From the human T2T-CHM13v2.0 reference genome, Homo sapiens, in the NCBI RefSeq assembly GCF_009914755.1, contig NC_060947.1: 64,000 bases of DNA. One strand, written 5' to 3'. The position numbers and the translations under genes were made by a program. The notes beneath the pieces are model-generated. The model was given only the letters and a program-made list of their open reading frames with translations. It did no database searches and was not told where the DNA came from. Numbering within the stretch: the first letter of the stretch is position 1; the number at the start of each line of letters is the position of its first letter. Below are positions 17,497 through 29,870 of the stretch, piece by piece.

Positions 17497-17854
17497 TGTA
17501 TTAGTCCGTTTTCACACTGCTGACAAAGACATACCAAAGACTGGGAAGAAAAAGAGGTTTAATTGGACTTACAGTTTCACATGGCTTGGGGGGGGGGCGC
17601 CTCAGAATCATGGTGAGAGGTGAAAGGCACTTCTTACATGGCAGCAGCAAGAGAAAATGAGGAGGAAGCAACAGTGGAAGCCCCTGACAAACCCATCAGA
17701 TCTTGTGAGACTTACTCACTATCACAAGAATAGCATGGAAAGACCAGCCCCCATGATTCAATTACCTCCCCTGGGTCCCTCCCACAACACGTGAGGATTC
17801 TGGAAGATACAATTCAAGTTGAGATTTGGGTGGGGGCACAGCCAAACCATATCA
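17497..17854 (-). mobile_element. THE1 (THE1C-like) solo LTR
   Basis: tgtattagtccgttttcacactgctg...cacagccaaaccatatca. 5-bp TSD gcccc/gtccc. Confidence 0.95.
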
Positions 17855-18451
17855 GTCCCTCCTGAGGACAAGCTCCACATCTAATCATCTTTGTATTTAA
17901 AGTAGATGAAGTCAGAATAACAGAGGGGGTGTGGAGAGGACCTGGAGGGAAGGTGTGGCTCCATTCCAGTAAACAAGACACTATCAGCTTTGAGAAGCCT
18001 GGCAGCTACTCATGGCTTAACTAAATGAACTTTAATGTTGTAGATCCACCAAAAGTTCTATATATTCATGCTGACACCATTTATTTCAGCTTTGGGGACA
18101 CCTTGACTCAGTTCTTGCATTCACATTGCCTTTTAGCTGAAGCTTAGGGGTATGGCTCCATTGTCATGACTAAAACCTTCCTTTCTCCCTCCTCCAGCAG
18201 AGTAGAAACAATCAAAACACCATTTGAGTGCCTTGTTTAATCCTTTCACTCACTGCTCAGCTTTTTAACATTCAGTAACAGGTAGGACAGCCAGAGCCCT
18301 TTACTTCTTGCCCCCCATCACTTTTGCAACAGCATGCACTAATGGATCTCAGATAGTCATTTTATATTCCTTGCCTGGCTTGTAAGGCCCTCATCCTCTC
18401 TCCTCTAGAGAGCCATGTCTCTGTCAGCACCCTATCCTCATAATCAATAGC

Positions 18452-18960
18452 TGTCAAGAACTGTGAAGGGTCAGATATTATATTCTACTGGCCAAATAAC
18501 AAGTTAGCCTGCTACAGTTTCACGGATGCTGGTTGGAGACATGAGACTCGCAATCAGAGACAAATAAATCTATTACTCACAAGGCAGCAAGCAGCATACC
18601 TTCATGTTTATGTCTGTTTTTCTTGACCCCAAGGCTCACAACTGTAATACAAAGAAGCACAAGTGGATGCTGTGCACAGTAGGTTTGTGTCACACCTGAG
18701 GAAGCTCAAGTTTGGGGAACCATTATCTTTTCTAATGAGCTGTAAAGAAAACTGATTGAAATTTGCTTTGGAGGGAGACATCTGCATTATATTGGGGGGT
18801 AAAAATACCAATCCTTTGCTCTGGAAAATGATAGTTTCAGTATATTTCAATGCTGTTTGTTTTATAAACATCCTTAAAAAGATAGTCCAGAACAAATGGC
18901 AGTTAATGTCCCCTCTTTTCACAGAAACGTAAGATACCCGTGGAAACACGTCTCCCAACA
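18452..18960 (-). mobile_element. ERVL LTR (LTR40-like), 5' LTR of the decayed provirus
   Basis: Minus strand runs TGTTGGGAGAC...cccttcacagttcttgaCA (TG...CA termini) and is followed directly by internal sequence. Family name from memory. Confidence 0.75.
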
Positions 18961-19496
18961 AGTATATGTGTTGTAATGTAACAATATACAAGTCATAATG
19001 TTAAGTAATGAAGTCTCAAAGGAATATGCATAATATGATTTTGCTTATGTAAAGACATATGATGTTTGGGTTGTGTTCCTCTACATGTTTCTACAAAATC
19101 TTAAACAACAAAAATATTCTCAGGTATTATTTATATATTAACAAACAAAAAAATTGAATAGAATAAAGAACCTATCAAATACTAAGGATATATTAAAAAT
19201 GTAGGAATGTTTCTATTATGTTATTGTAATAAATGTTATTAATACATTAAATTATTTGAAAACCATGCTCATAAAAATCTAGGTGTTCAAATGAGTTCTG
19301 TTTCAAGTTATAATAATATGTATTTTGCTGAACCATGCTTTGAAAAGTTGCTATATTTCTAGAAAGTCTGGGAGCTTAAATTTTAAGGAATCCAATAGAT
19401 ACAATGCAAATATCTGCTGTTAAGGTTTCTTTTTTTCCCTCTTCTTTAAATAAGAGGGAAGTCCATGTTCTGCTGATAGGAAAAAAAGTAATACAG

Positions 19497-19551
<55 letters not shown>

Positions 19552-19602
19552 AGTATATATATATATGCACAGACATACACATATATGAATTTATGTGTTT
19601 GT

Positions 19603-19642
<40 letters not shown>
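19497..19642. repeat. Compound (TA)n/(TG)n microsatellite
   Basis: Two long TA runs flanking a TG/CA-rich core. Confidence 0.97.
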
Positions 19643-19644
<2 letters not shown>

Positions 19645-19807
19645 GGGGGGTATGCTTTGTACCCACACACAGAGACATGTAATGTGTTTTATATACTTTC
19701 AGTCTTTTTGTCTTTCTGTGTCCACTTTTATTTATGTGAAAAATAACAAAGAACTTTGATAAATCTGAAATTTTTGTAAAATGACTTCAAAGTTTCTTCA
19801 CTGTTTT

Positions 19808-20100
19808 TCATTCATTCATTGACGAAGTATTTATTCAGTACTTAAAATATGACAAGCACTCTTCTACATGCTAGCCATACAGAGGTTAACACAACAATAT
19901 GTCATCATGAAACTAATATTCTAATGGGAAACAAACAGTAAACAGAAAAATAAACATTCTAATGTGCTACAAAAAATAAAAAGTAGAATAAGGGTATAGA
20001 GCTTTATAAATATGTTCCTTTAGGTAGAATAGTAATGGAACGGCTCTGTTTGGAACAAACACATGAAAAAAGTGACAGAATGAACCATGCAAAGTTGATA
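19808..20100 (-). mobile_element. L2 3' end
   Basis: cattcattcattgacgaagtatttattcagtact..., the reverse of the L2 tail. Confidence 0.7.
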
Positions 20101-20574
20101 GTGAAAGAAGGCAGTCACGTAAAAAAATAACATCTTAAACTTAAATTTTTACAGTTGACAGGTGTAAAAAAAACACAGAGGTTTTAAATGTTCAGTAGTT
20201 TTAAGTTGTATATAAACATATCAACCTAATAATTATCTCTCCCACATAGGGTTGAGACAGTTAGACAAGAATATTAAAATAACTAGTAAAGATAAAAAAG
20301 GAATATGTTAAGCCATGATAATTTGAAAGGAAATAATCTATAAAAAGTTGTTTACCTTTTTAAACATTACTGACTCTGTTTTTAAATTTTATATTGAAAT
20401 ATCTCATATTGAATATCATAGAAAATATTATTAGAATAGTATAAGAAATACTTATTTATGTACCACTCAGCTTTTGCATTTTTTAACTTTTTTTAACATT
20501 TTGCAATTTTTAACATTTTATTTGCAACTCATTTCCCCTGTGTTCTTTAGATGTAATCATTATCCTGCATTCTG

Positions 20575-21155
20575 TATTTGGATATAAGGGGAAGACTCTA
20601 TGCAACACCCATGATGGATTCCTCTTGGCCTCACCTTTTTCTTATTTCTGCCATTGCTGTGAATACCATTATTGTGCCAGTTCTGACCGGTTTCATGCAG
20701 ATGCAATTTCACAGCATGGTACCTCAGACACAAACAGTGTACTTCTTGCTCCCATCCCAGGGCTCTTTTATTGCTGTTGTGGCCATGAGACACTACAAGA
20801 ACCTATTCAAGTTTCCTGCAAATTTCATACAATATCGAAGTGCAAAAGAGTGAATATCCCATAGGGCAAAATTTTGACCTTGATTATGGAAGCTAGCATA
20901 AAAATCCCATTCCTTTATTATCCCTAAATAGAATCCTGGGATGTGCTTCATATGGCTAATCAGATGGTCCCGTGAGATAGAGGAACCAGTGGCTTGTAGA
21001 GGTTTCCAATTTGATAATGTATCATTTTCTTGGCTCCCCCACCTTTCCTGCTTTGTTTTCCCTGTCCCGCAGTCCTGCTCCCTGAGACCATACACCCTGA
21101 TAAATTATTTACACATAAATGTTTGTATCATGCTTTACTTTCTGAGGAATTCAGA
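20575..21155 (+). mobile_element. LTR16-like ERVL LTR
   Basis: ggtcccgtgagatagaggaaccagtggc...ccctgataaattatttacacataaat...ctttctgaggaattcag. Confidence 0.6.
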
Positions 21156-21454
21156 TGTCTTTTGATGTAACAGAGCTTTTCATTTCAATATTTTAATATA
21201 GTCAGTTTGTACTTCTTTCATGTGTTTTGTGGTTTGCAAAAAGTTTAAGACCTTCTCTCCTGCTCTAAAGGCACAAATATATTCTATATTTTCTTCTAAA
21301 TGTTTATGGTAAAGCAAGAATCTACTTTATTTTTTTCCAAGTGGACAATAAATTAACTCAGTAACATTTACTAAATGAATAATCTATACTTTATCAACTT
21401 TCTATTATGAAAATTTTCAAACATACAGAGAAGTTGAATAAATAGTATTCTGTT

Positions 21455-21786
21455 TGCTACAAGGTAAATGTTTATGTCCTCCTCAAATTCATATTTTAAA
21501 ACTGAATCCCCAATATTATGGTATATGGAAACAGGGCCTTTGGGAGGTGATTAGTGCTCTGACAAAAGAGACCCCACAGAGCTTTCTTGTTCCTTCTGTC
21601 TTGTTGAGGACACAGTGAGAAGACGGTCATCGTGAACCAGGAAGCATGCCCTCATCCGACATCAAATCTTCTGGTGCCTTGACATTGTATTTCCTGGCCT
21701 CCAGAAGTGTGAGCAATAAATTTCCATTGTTTAACAGTCACCAAGTCTATGGTATTCTGTTATAGTCACCTGAAAAGACTATGACA
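21455..21786 (+). mobile_element. MLT1A-like MaLR solo LTR
   Basis: tgctac...gggcctttgggaggtgattag...gcctccagaagtgtgagcaataaattt...gactatgaca. Confidence 0.9.
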
Positions 21787-21789
21787 GTG

Positions 21790-22600
21790 TGCAATCATAT
21801 AATTATTACCCATTGCTAATATATTGGTATACTGGATTGATCTGTAACTCTCTGTATGCATAAATGTCTTTCATAACTGCTTTTTAAAAACCAGAGTCCA
21901 ATCAAAGTTAATGCATTTTAAAGCTTTAAATCTAAGGAATTTCTATCATCTTTTTCTTTCTTATGACAATGATATTTTGAAAACATCAAGCCAATTTTTG
22001 TGTAGAATAACTCCATTCTGGATTTGATTGTATCCTCTAGATGTTGTTTAACATGGTCTTTTACCCATTGTATTATTTCTAAACTGGAAGTTAGATATAA
22101 AGGCTTTATTTTAAACAAGTTAAATATTTTTGTCAAAAAATTGTAAGGGACACTGTGTGCTTCATATTGTATCACATCAGTATGTCTGCAATGTTAGGTT
22201 TTGCTACTATTCATGATACTAATTTTGATTACTTGGTTGAAGTGATGACTACCATTTCTAACAATTGTAAAGGTAATTTTTTCCTGTCATGATTATCAAT
22301 GTAACTTTCTCTTTGTGAATTACCTTCCTTACTCTTAGAGAATGACGATTATCTTGTATATGCTGTATATTATTTTCATGTGTTTCCCCAAATATTTACT
22401 ATTTCTTCATCTTTTTAAACAATGGGTAGTATTATACACATTGTAATAAATAGTATTTAAAATTTTACACAAATTTTATTATCCTTTATATTTTCTTCTG
22501 TAATATGCTTTTTGAATTGAATAGTTATGAGATTAATCAATATTGAAATATAAAAGCTTTCATTTATTCATTTTTACTGTTGTATAAGATTCTACTATAG
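21790..22600 (-). mobile_element. Old L1MC/ME 3' fragments
   Basis: tgtagaataactccattctggattt...tcatattgtatcacatcag. Similar fragments lie at about 20370-20560 and 21160-21450. Confidence 0.6.
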
Positions 22601-22618
22601 AGATCATTAGCAAATTGA

Positions 22619-23075
22619 ATGTTTATTGCGGCACTATTCACAATAGCAAAGACTTGGAACCAATCTAAATGTCTATCAATGATAGACTGGATTAAGAAAA
22701 TGTGGCATATATACACCATGAAATACTATGCAGCCACAAAAAAGGATGAGTTCATGTCCTTTGTAGGGACATGGATGAAGCTGGAAACCATCATTCTCAG
22801 CAAACTATCACAAAGACAGAAAACCAAACACTGCATGTTCTCACTCATAGGTGGGAATTGAACAATGAGAACACATGGACACAGGGTGGGAAACATCACA
22901 CACTGGGGCCTGTTGGGGGTGCAGGGCTGGAGGAGGGATAGCATTGGAAGAAATGCCTAGTGTAAAGGACGAGTTGATGGGTGCAGCAAACCAACATGGC
23001 ACATGTATACCTATGTAACAAATCTACATGTTGTGCACATGTACCCTACAAAGGAAAGTATAATAATAATAATAC
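22619..23075 (+). mobile_element. 5'-truncated L1PA5/6-like 3' end
   Basis: ORF 22619-22861 is the ORF2 C-terminus (MFIAALFTIAKTWNQ), followed by the 3'UTR and an (AAT)n tail. Confidence 0.95.
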
Positions 23076-23145
23076 AAAAAGAAACTGCCAAAAAAAAAAA
23101 AAAGAAAGGAAGAAAGAAAATTACCTAGGAATGATAATGTATTAG

Positions 23146-23634
<489 letters not shown>

Positions 23635-23760
23635 CTATTCACTCTCCTGTGTGATATAGATTTCTCTGTCTCATCCATTTTAATTCTAATATTTACAGTC
23701 TGTTCCATGATGATCCTTGTTTTGGGGATTCAAATTACATCAAATGTTAAAGAAGACAAC

Positions 23761-24058
<298 letters not shown>

Positions 24059-24084
24059 AAAGGAAAACAGGACAACCATTTTTT

Positions 24085-25976
24085 TGTACACTAAAAACTG
24101 TAAAACATTGAAATATATTGAAAAAGATACAAATAAATTGAAAGAAGTCCTATGTAAATGAATTTGAAGAATTAAAATTATTAATACATTCATACTTCCC
24201 AAAGCAATCTACAGACTTAATGCAATCCCTGTGAATATTTCAATATAGTTTTTCCTAGAAGCAGAAAAAACAAACTTAAAATTTGTATGGAACCATAAAA
24301 TACCCCAAATAGCCAAAGCAATCTTGAGCAAAAACAACAAAGCCAAAGGCATCACAGTACCTAATTTAAAAATATACTGCAAAGCTATAGTAATCAAAAT
24401 AGCATGATTCTGGCATAAAAACAGACACATAGACCAAAGGAACAGAACAGAAGTCTCAAAAATAAATCTATGCATTTATGATCAATAGATTCTCAACAAA
24501 ATCACCAATAACACACAATGGAGAAACAAAAATCTCTTCAATAAATAGTGCTAGGAAAACTGGGTATACACATGCAGAAGAATTAAATTAGAACCTCATC
24601 TCACACCACATACAAAAATCAACTTAAAATGGATTAATGAGTAAAATGTGACTATAAAATTACTAGAAGAAAACATCATAGAAAACTTCATGACATTGAT
24701 CTGAGCAATGATTTTTTTTTTTTTTTTGGACATGACCCCAAAAGCATAGGCAACAAAAGCAAAACTAGACAAATGGGATTACATGAAACTTAAAAGCTTC
24801 TGTACAGCCAAGAAACTGATTAATACAGTGAAGAGTCAACCCTTAGATTAGGAGAATATATTTGCAAAACATACAATTGATAAGGGGCTAATGTCAAAAA
24901 TATATAAGAAACACAAACAATTCAATAGTAATAAAACAAAAATGGGAAAGCACATAAAATAGACATTTCTTAAAAGAAGCCATAGGGAAAGTGGGCAAAA
25001 GGCATGAACATACACTTTCAAAAGAAGACATACATGTGGCCAACAAACATGTGAAAAAATGTTCAACATCACTAATCATGAGATAAATGCAAATCAAAGG
25101 GACAATGAGATACTATCTCACACCAGACAGAATGGCTATTAGTAAAATGTCAAAAAATAATAGATGCAGGCAAGGCTGTAGAGAAATGGGAATGATTATA
25201 CACTATTGATGGGAATGTAAATTAGCTCAACCACTGTGGAACACAGTTTGGAGCATTCTCAAAGAACTTAAAACAGAACTACCATTTGGCCCAGCAATCT
25301 CATTACTGGATATACACCAAAAGGAAAATAAATCATTCTACCAAAAAGACATATGCACTCATACGTTCATTGTGGCACTATTCAGAATAGCAAAGACATG
25401 GAATCAACTTAGGTGCCCATCAACAGTGGATTGGATGAAGAAAGTGTAGTACATATACATTATGGAATAGGATGCAGCTATAAAAATTAAGAAATCATGT
25501 TCTTTGCAGCAACATGGTTGCAGCTGGAGGCCATTATCCTAAGTGAACTAGTGCAAGAACAGAAGACCAGTTACCACACATTCTCACTTAGAAGTGGGAG
25601 CTACATATTGGGTACACATGGACACAAATATGATAACAATAGACACTGGGATCTCCAAAAGGAGGGAGTGAGGGAGGCTGGAGTGTGGGAGTATTTGGGA
25701 GGTATTGGTCAAAAAAGACAAAATTTCAATTAGACAGGAAGAATAAGTTCAAGAGCTCTATTGTAGAACATAGTGACTACAGTAAATAACAATATATTGT
25801 ATATTTGAAAGTTTCTAAGAGAGTACATTTTAAGCATTACCAGCACAAAAGAATGGTAACGGAGGCAATGCCTATGTTAAATAGCTTAATTTAGCTACTC
25901 CACAATGTGTACATAGATCCAAACATCATATTGTGCATCATAAATGTGTACAAACTCTACTTGTTAATTAAAATAA
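24085..25976 (+). mobile_element. L1MA 3' part with an embedded L1PA15/16-like segment (about 24985-25680)
   Basis: ORF2 3' region and L1MA-type 3'UTR (aatttcaattagacaggaagaataagttcaagag). The middle segment has L1PA-type sequence. Confidence 0.88.
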
Positions 25977-26148
25977 GACAACTACCATTTATCTCAGATT
26001 AGAATTATCTTTATATTTTTATTTAATCAACATTGCAGATTTATACTACTCCATTTTTATCATTGGGTCACCCTTTAATCACAATTGTCTTTTGGAAAAT
26101 ATTTGGGTGAAATAAAACCTAAAATGCTTTAAAGTATCAGAAAATACT

Positions 26149-26731
26149 TATATCAACTAACTATTGCTGTGAAACAAATTATCCCAAGACTTCACAGCTT
26201 AACAGAAAAAATGTTTATAGTTTGGGGTGGGGATCAGAAGTCCAGGTGAAGATTTTCTGGGTCTTCCATTTTAGTCTATCATGATGGGGAAATCAAGGTG
26301 TCTACATGGGCTGGGCTTTCATCTGAAACCTTGACTGGAGAAGGTGCTGCCTCCAAACTCACTTATGAGATTGTTGTAAGTATTCAGTTTCTCACAGGAT
26401 GTTCAACTCAAAGCTTCCTCTTCTCATTGGCTGTCAGTTGGATATCACCCTCAAATCCTTGTTTTATAGATCTCTCTATAGAGCAGATTACAACACGACA
26501 CTTAGCTTCATCAGACTGAGCAAGCAAGAGAGAGCCAGAGGGAGAACAAGACAAAAGCCCTAGTTTTTTTAACTGAATCTTGCAAGTGATATCCCATACC
26601 TTTTACCATAGTCTGTTTATTTGATGCAACTCACTTGACTCAGCATACATTCAAGGGGAAGGGGTTACACAGTGACACAAATATCAGGAGTCTGGAACCA
26701 TTGGGAGCCAGTTTAGAAGCTACTTACCACA
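26149..26731 (-). mobile_element. MLT1F-like MaLR LTR
   Basis: ctattgctgtgaaacaaattatcccaagact...ccattgggagccagtttagaagctacttaccaca. Confidence 0.82.
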
Positions 26732-26829
26732 ATGTTCTATGGTAAACAAATAATTTTGTGATTTGATATGTATAATTCTAAAGCCTTGACCAGTAAAGTC
26801 TATATTTAGAGAGGATAGTTAAAAATATT

Positions 26830-27210
26830 AAATTTTATTAAAAATGTGTTCATTTTCTAAAGTTGGAAAATACAGTACAGGGAAATAGAAAAAAAATCAC
26901 CTCTGTAGTTCCACTACCCAGAAATAGTCACTGCTCCTTTCACATATTTACTTCCAATATTTTTTGTAAGTAGGGTGTTTATTTTTGTTTTAGTAATAAT
27001 ATTGAATATTAAATATTAAATCATATAGCTTGCCTTTTCTACTTAACATTATAGCGTAAGCATCTACACTGTTTTTATAAACTCTTTGCAATTATCATTT
27101 TAATAACTGTAACACAATGAGTAAACATTTCATTATTTATTTAAACCAACATCTATATCTTATATTCATATCATTTTCAGATTTGCTACTATAAATCAAC
27201 CTATGATAGA
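26830..27210 (-). mobile_element. L1ME 3' end fragment
   Basis: aaaatcacctctgtagttccactacccagaaatagtcactg. Confidence 0.6.
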
Positions 27211-27407
27211 AGCAACAATTTTCAGATAAAGATATACTTCTTAGTGGTAGAGGATTCTATATATTAAAAACAAATAAGTCCAGCAAGAAGGCAAGAAAGA
27301 AGGAGAACTTTTAATTGGTTAAAATATATATGTAAGGAAATAAAATACAAATAGGAAAGCCACAGAAAATAGGAAACAAATCATTAGCAGAAGTACAAGA
27401 AACACCT

Positions 27408-27690
27408 CTCACATCTGTAATCCCAGCACTTTGGGAGGCTGAGGCAGGTGGATTGCTTGAGGCCAGGAGTTAGAAACCAGCTCTGTCAACATAGCAAGAC
27501 TCTGTCTCTACAAAAATAAAAATAAATAGTCAGGCCTGGTGGTGTGTACCTGTAGTCCCACCTACTCAGGAGGCTAAGATAGAGGATCACTTAAGCCCAG
27601 GAGTTCAAGGCTGCCATGATCACACCAATGCACTTCAGCCTGGGTGACAGAGCAAGACCTTGTCTCAAGAAAAACAAACAAACAAACAAA
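27408..27690 (+). mobile_element. AluJ, slightly 5'-truncated
   Basis: J-type dimer with a (CAAA)n tail. Degenerate TSD ending cacct. Confidence 0.92.
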
Positions 27691-28849
27691 AAACTCACCT
27701 AATCATGTAGATTTGAGTAGTCAAAGTAAGACACATTACTAGTGATACATAAGATGAGTATCTAATGCTTACTGAATGTGAGAAATAAAAAATTGAGTCT
27801 TTGACAGGCCTATCAGGGAAAACTAAATTAAGAATGGCTAGAGCTTGATGGAAAAATCACTTAAATAAACCAGATTAATTTAAATATGTAGGCACTCATT
27901 GATTATATCTGTGGCTATTTAAGAAACTGACTATTACAGTCCCATTCTTGATGGGACTTCTTGTTTACAAGATGGGAAACTTCTTGTTTTCAAACATGCA
28001 TCTTCAAGAGTCAAAAAAATACAAAATGATTATCTTCTGAAAAAATTATAGGTTATTTCATAAGACCTTTGTTCCTGTATCTGAAAAGGTTTTTATAAAA
28101 TTAATTTTTAAAATGACGTTTTTAAAAAATAATACTGATTTATATCAGGCATAATATTATATAGTGACAAAAAAAATCTAACTTGTATTATTTCACATAC
28201 ATAGGGAGACAGAGAAGACAAATATCTTTGGAAATAACAGAACAAAGATTTACACATATCAGGAAAAACAAGATGTTCCTAATACATTAACGTGTATCAG
28301 GAAAAATAATTAAATATAATTATTTTTATTTGTTTGCTTCTGTGAACCAGATATATTATTGTGATATTCTAGGTCTAGACAATAAAAAATAACTATTGGT
28401 TTTTACTAAGGTTGTATCTTAGTAAGATAAAGAGACACGGAGAGAAAGAGAAAGAACACTAAACTCTAAATGCTTGAAAGACCTATTTTAGACATAAAAG
28501 TTATCTTTTGATGAGAAGCATAAATTGATTATTCCTTTATTTTCTCCTTTACACTCTGAAATTATTGTGTGAGGAAGGGTGCATTTTGAGTCAGAAATAA
28601 GCTCTGTCGGGGAAGTGTCTTTGGCTTTCTAGACCTTGGAAGAAAAACTAGGATGAAAGAATGTCAATGCAGGCAGTTTAAGGCTAGCTCTGGCTCTGGA
28701 AGGAGCTTCAGAACAGGCGGGTAAAGAAGATTATTAAGCTTCCTGCCTCGTCCATCTCAGTTTGCAGACTATGAATGCAGACTGGTATATAAAATAGAAA
28801 GAAATTCCAGAAACATTTTTCTCTGCCTTTCACTGTTGATACTTCATCT

Positions 28850-29212
28850 TTGCTCAGTTGTCACATCAGGGATGTCTTTCCTAATCTTTCTAAGTTAAAT
28901 TCACCTATTATATAACAGGAGTAAGTAAGTAAGAGGTATTACATGCTGTCATAGCAGAATATACCTCTTACTTTCAGCACTTACCACATTTGCTAATTTG
29001 CATGTATTATAATTTTTCACTCCCACTAGCCTGAAAGCTCCATGAGGGCAGGAGTCTTGCCTTTTCTTTCTCTTCCTCTCTCATTTTCTTCATTCCTCCT
29101 TTCCTTTTTCCCTCACTTCCTTCTATCCTCGTTTTTTTCCTATTTTCTCTTTTATCATTAGCACAATGCTTGTTACATAGCAGAGAGTTCATGTTTTTTG
29201 AATGAATGAATG
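28850..29212 (+). mobile_element. L2 3' end with a CT-rich interruption
   Basis: cccactagcctgaaagctccatgagggcagg...ttgaatgaatgaatg. Confidence 0.75.
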
Positions 29213-29819
29213 CTTGTGAGCTGTACTTGGGCCCCTTCTATTATTGGATCTCCACAATGTAACAGAAAAAGAAATCACAAGGAGTAACAAATAGCCAGGG
29301 AAAAGGTGGGACACCTACAGTAATTATCCCAGGTTAAGTGAACACATGGCCAGTTTGTAGATAGTACTGTGATTATAATTATCAGTGATTTGCCAGCCTG
29401 ATGGATTTTAATCACTAGTGTTTTGTTTTATTTTGTTTTGCAAAGATTAGTTCCAGGTTCATGTTTTTTTCTGTAATGGAGATACAGAATAAAGAGCACA
29501 TTCATTTCAGTTGGATTGGAAATCTGATTCCCATCTCCCTCAAACACAACTTATTGTTGCCCAGTATAAAAGAACTACATTTTGAAGTCCCATCCAAATA
29601 TAGACATGTTTCAGGAGGCATGGATGAGTCCAGATTTTGGTTTTTTCTTTGCACTTATCCTAGATACGCGGTTGATGTGGTCTTGCCATAAGTCAAAACA
29701 TTTATGAGAAAAATATAGGCCCATCGAGAATTCCTAGGTTCCTCCTTCTCCTTTGGTATAATGTAATTGTTTTCTCTATCAGCTCTTAATATTTTCTCTC
29801 CTACATGCGAAAAACTCAC

Positions 29820-29870
29820 CTTTAGGCTGAACTTCCCAATTATAGTATTTTGCAAATAGCTTACATTTTC
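29820..29870 (-). other. Candidate 51-nt exon
   Basis: Acceptor cttgtcctttttctatgtag|G and consensus donor AAG|gtgagt. Two frames are open. Confidence 0.35.

Larger units (their letters stand above)
13700..18451 (-). mobile_element. Decayed ERVL internal region (HERVL40-like), interrupted by an L1PA and a THE1
   Basis: Hand translation of the minus strand gives an integrase core at 15109-15252, QLLACYWAL at 16208-16234, an RQP(L)GF-like motif near 17020-17040 and protease-like text near 17220-17270. Abuts an LTR at 18452. Left boundary uncertain. Confidence 0.7.

Noticed and set aside
19376-19746. IY/YI-repeat ORFs
   Set aside because: Translation of the (TA)n microsatellite.
23075-23125. 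Possible L1 3' transduction (gaaactgcc between A-tracts)
   Set aside because: Too short and no TSD found. A decayed poly-A tail explains it equally well.
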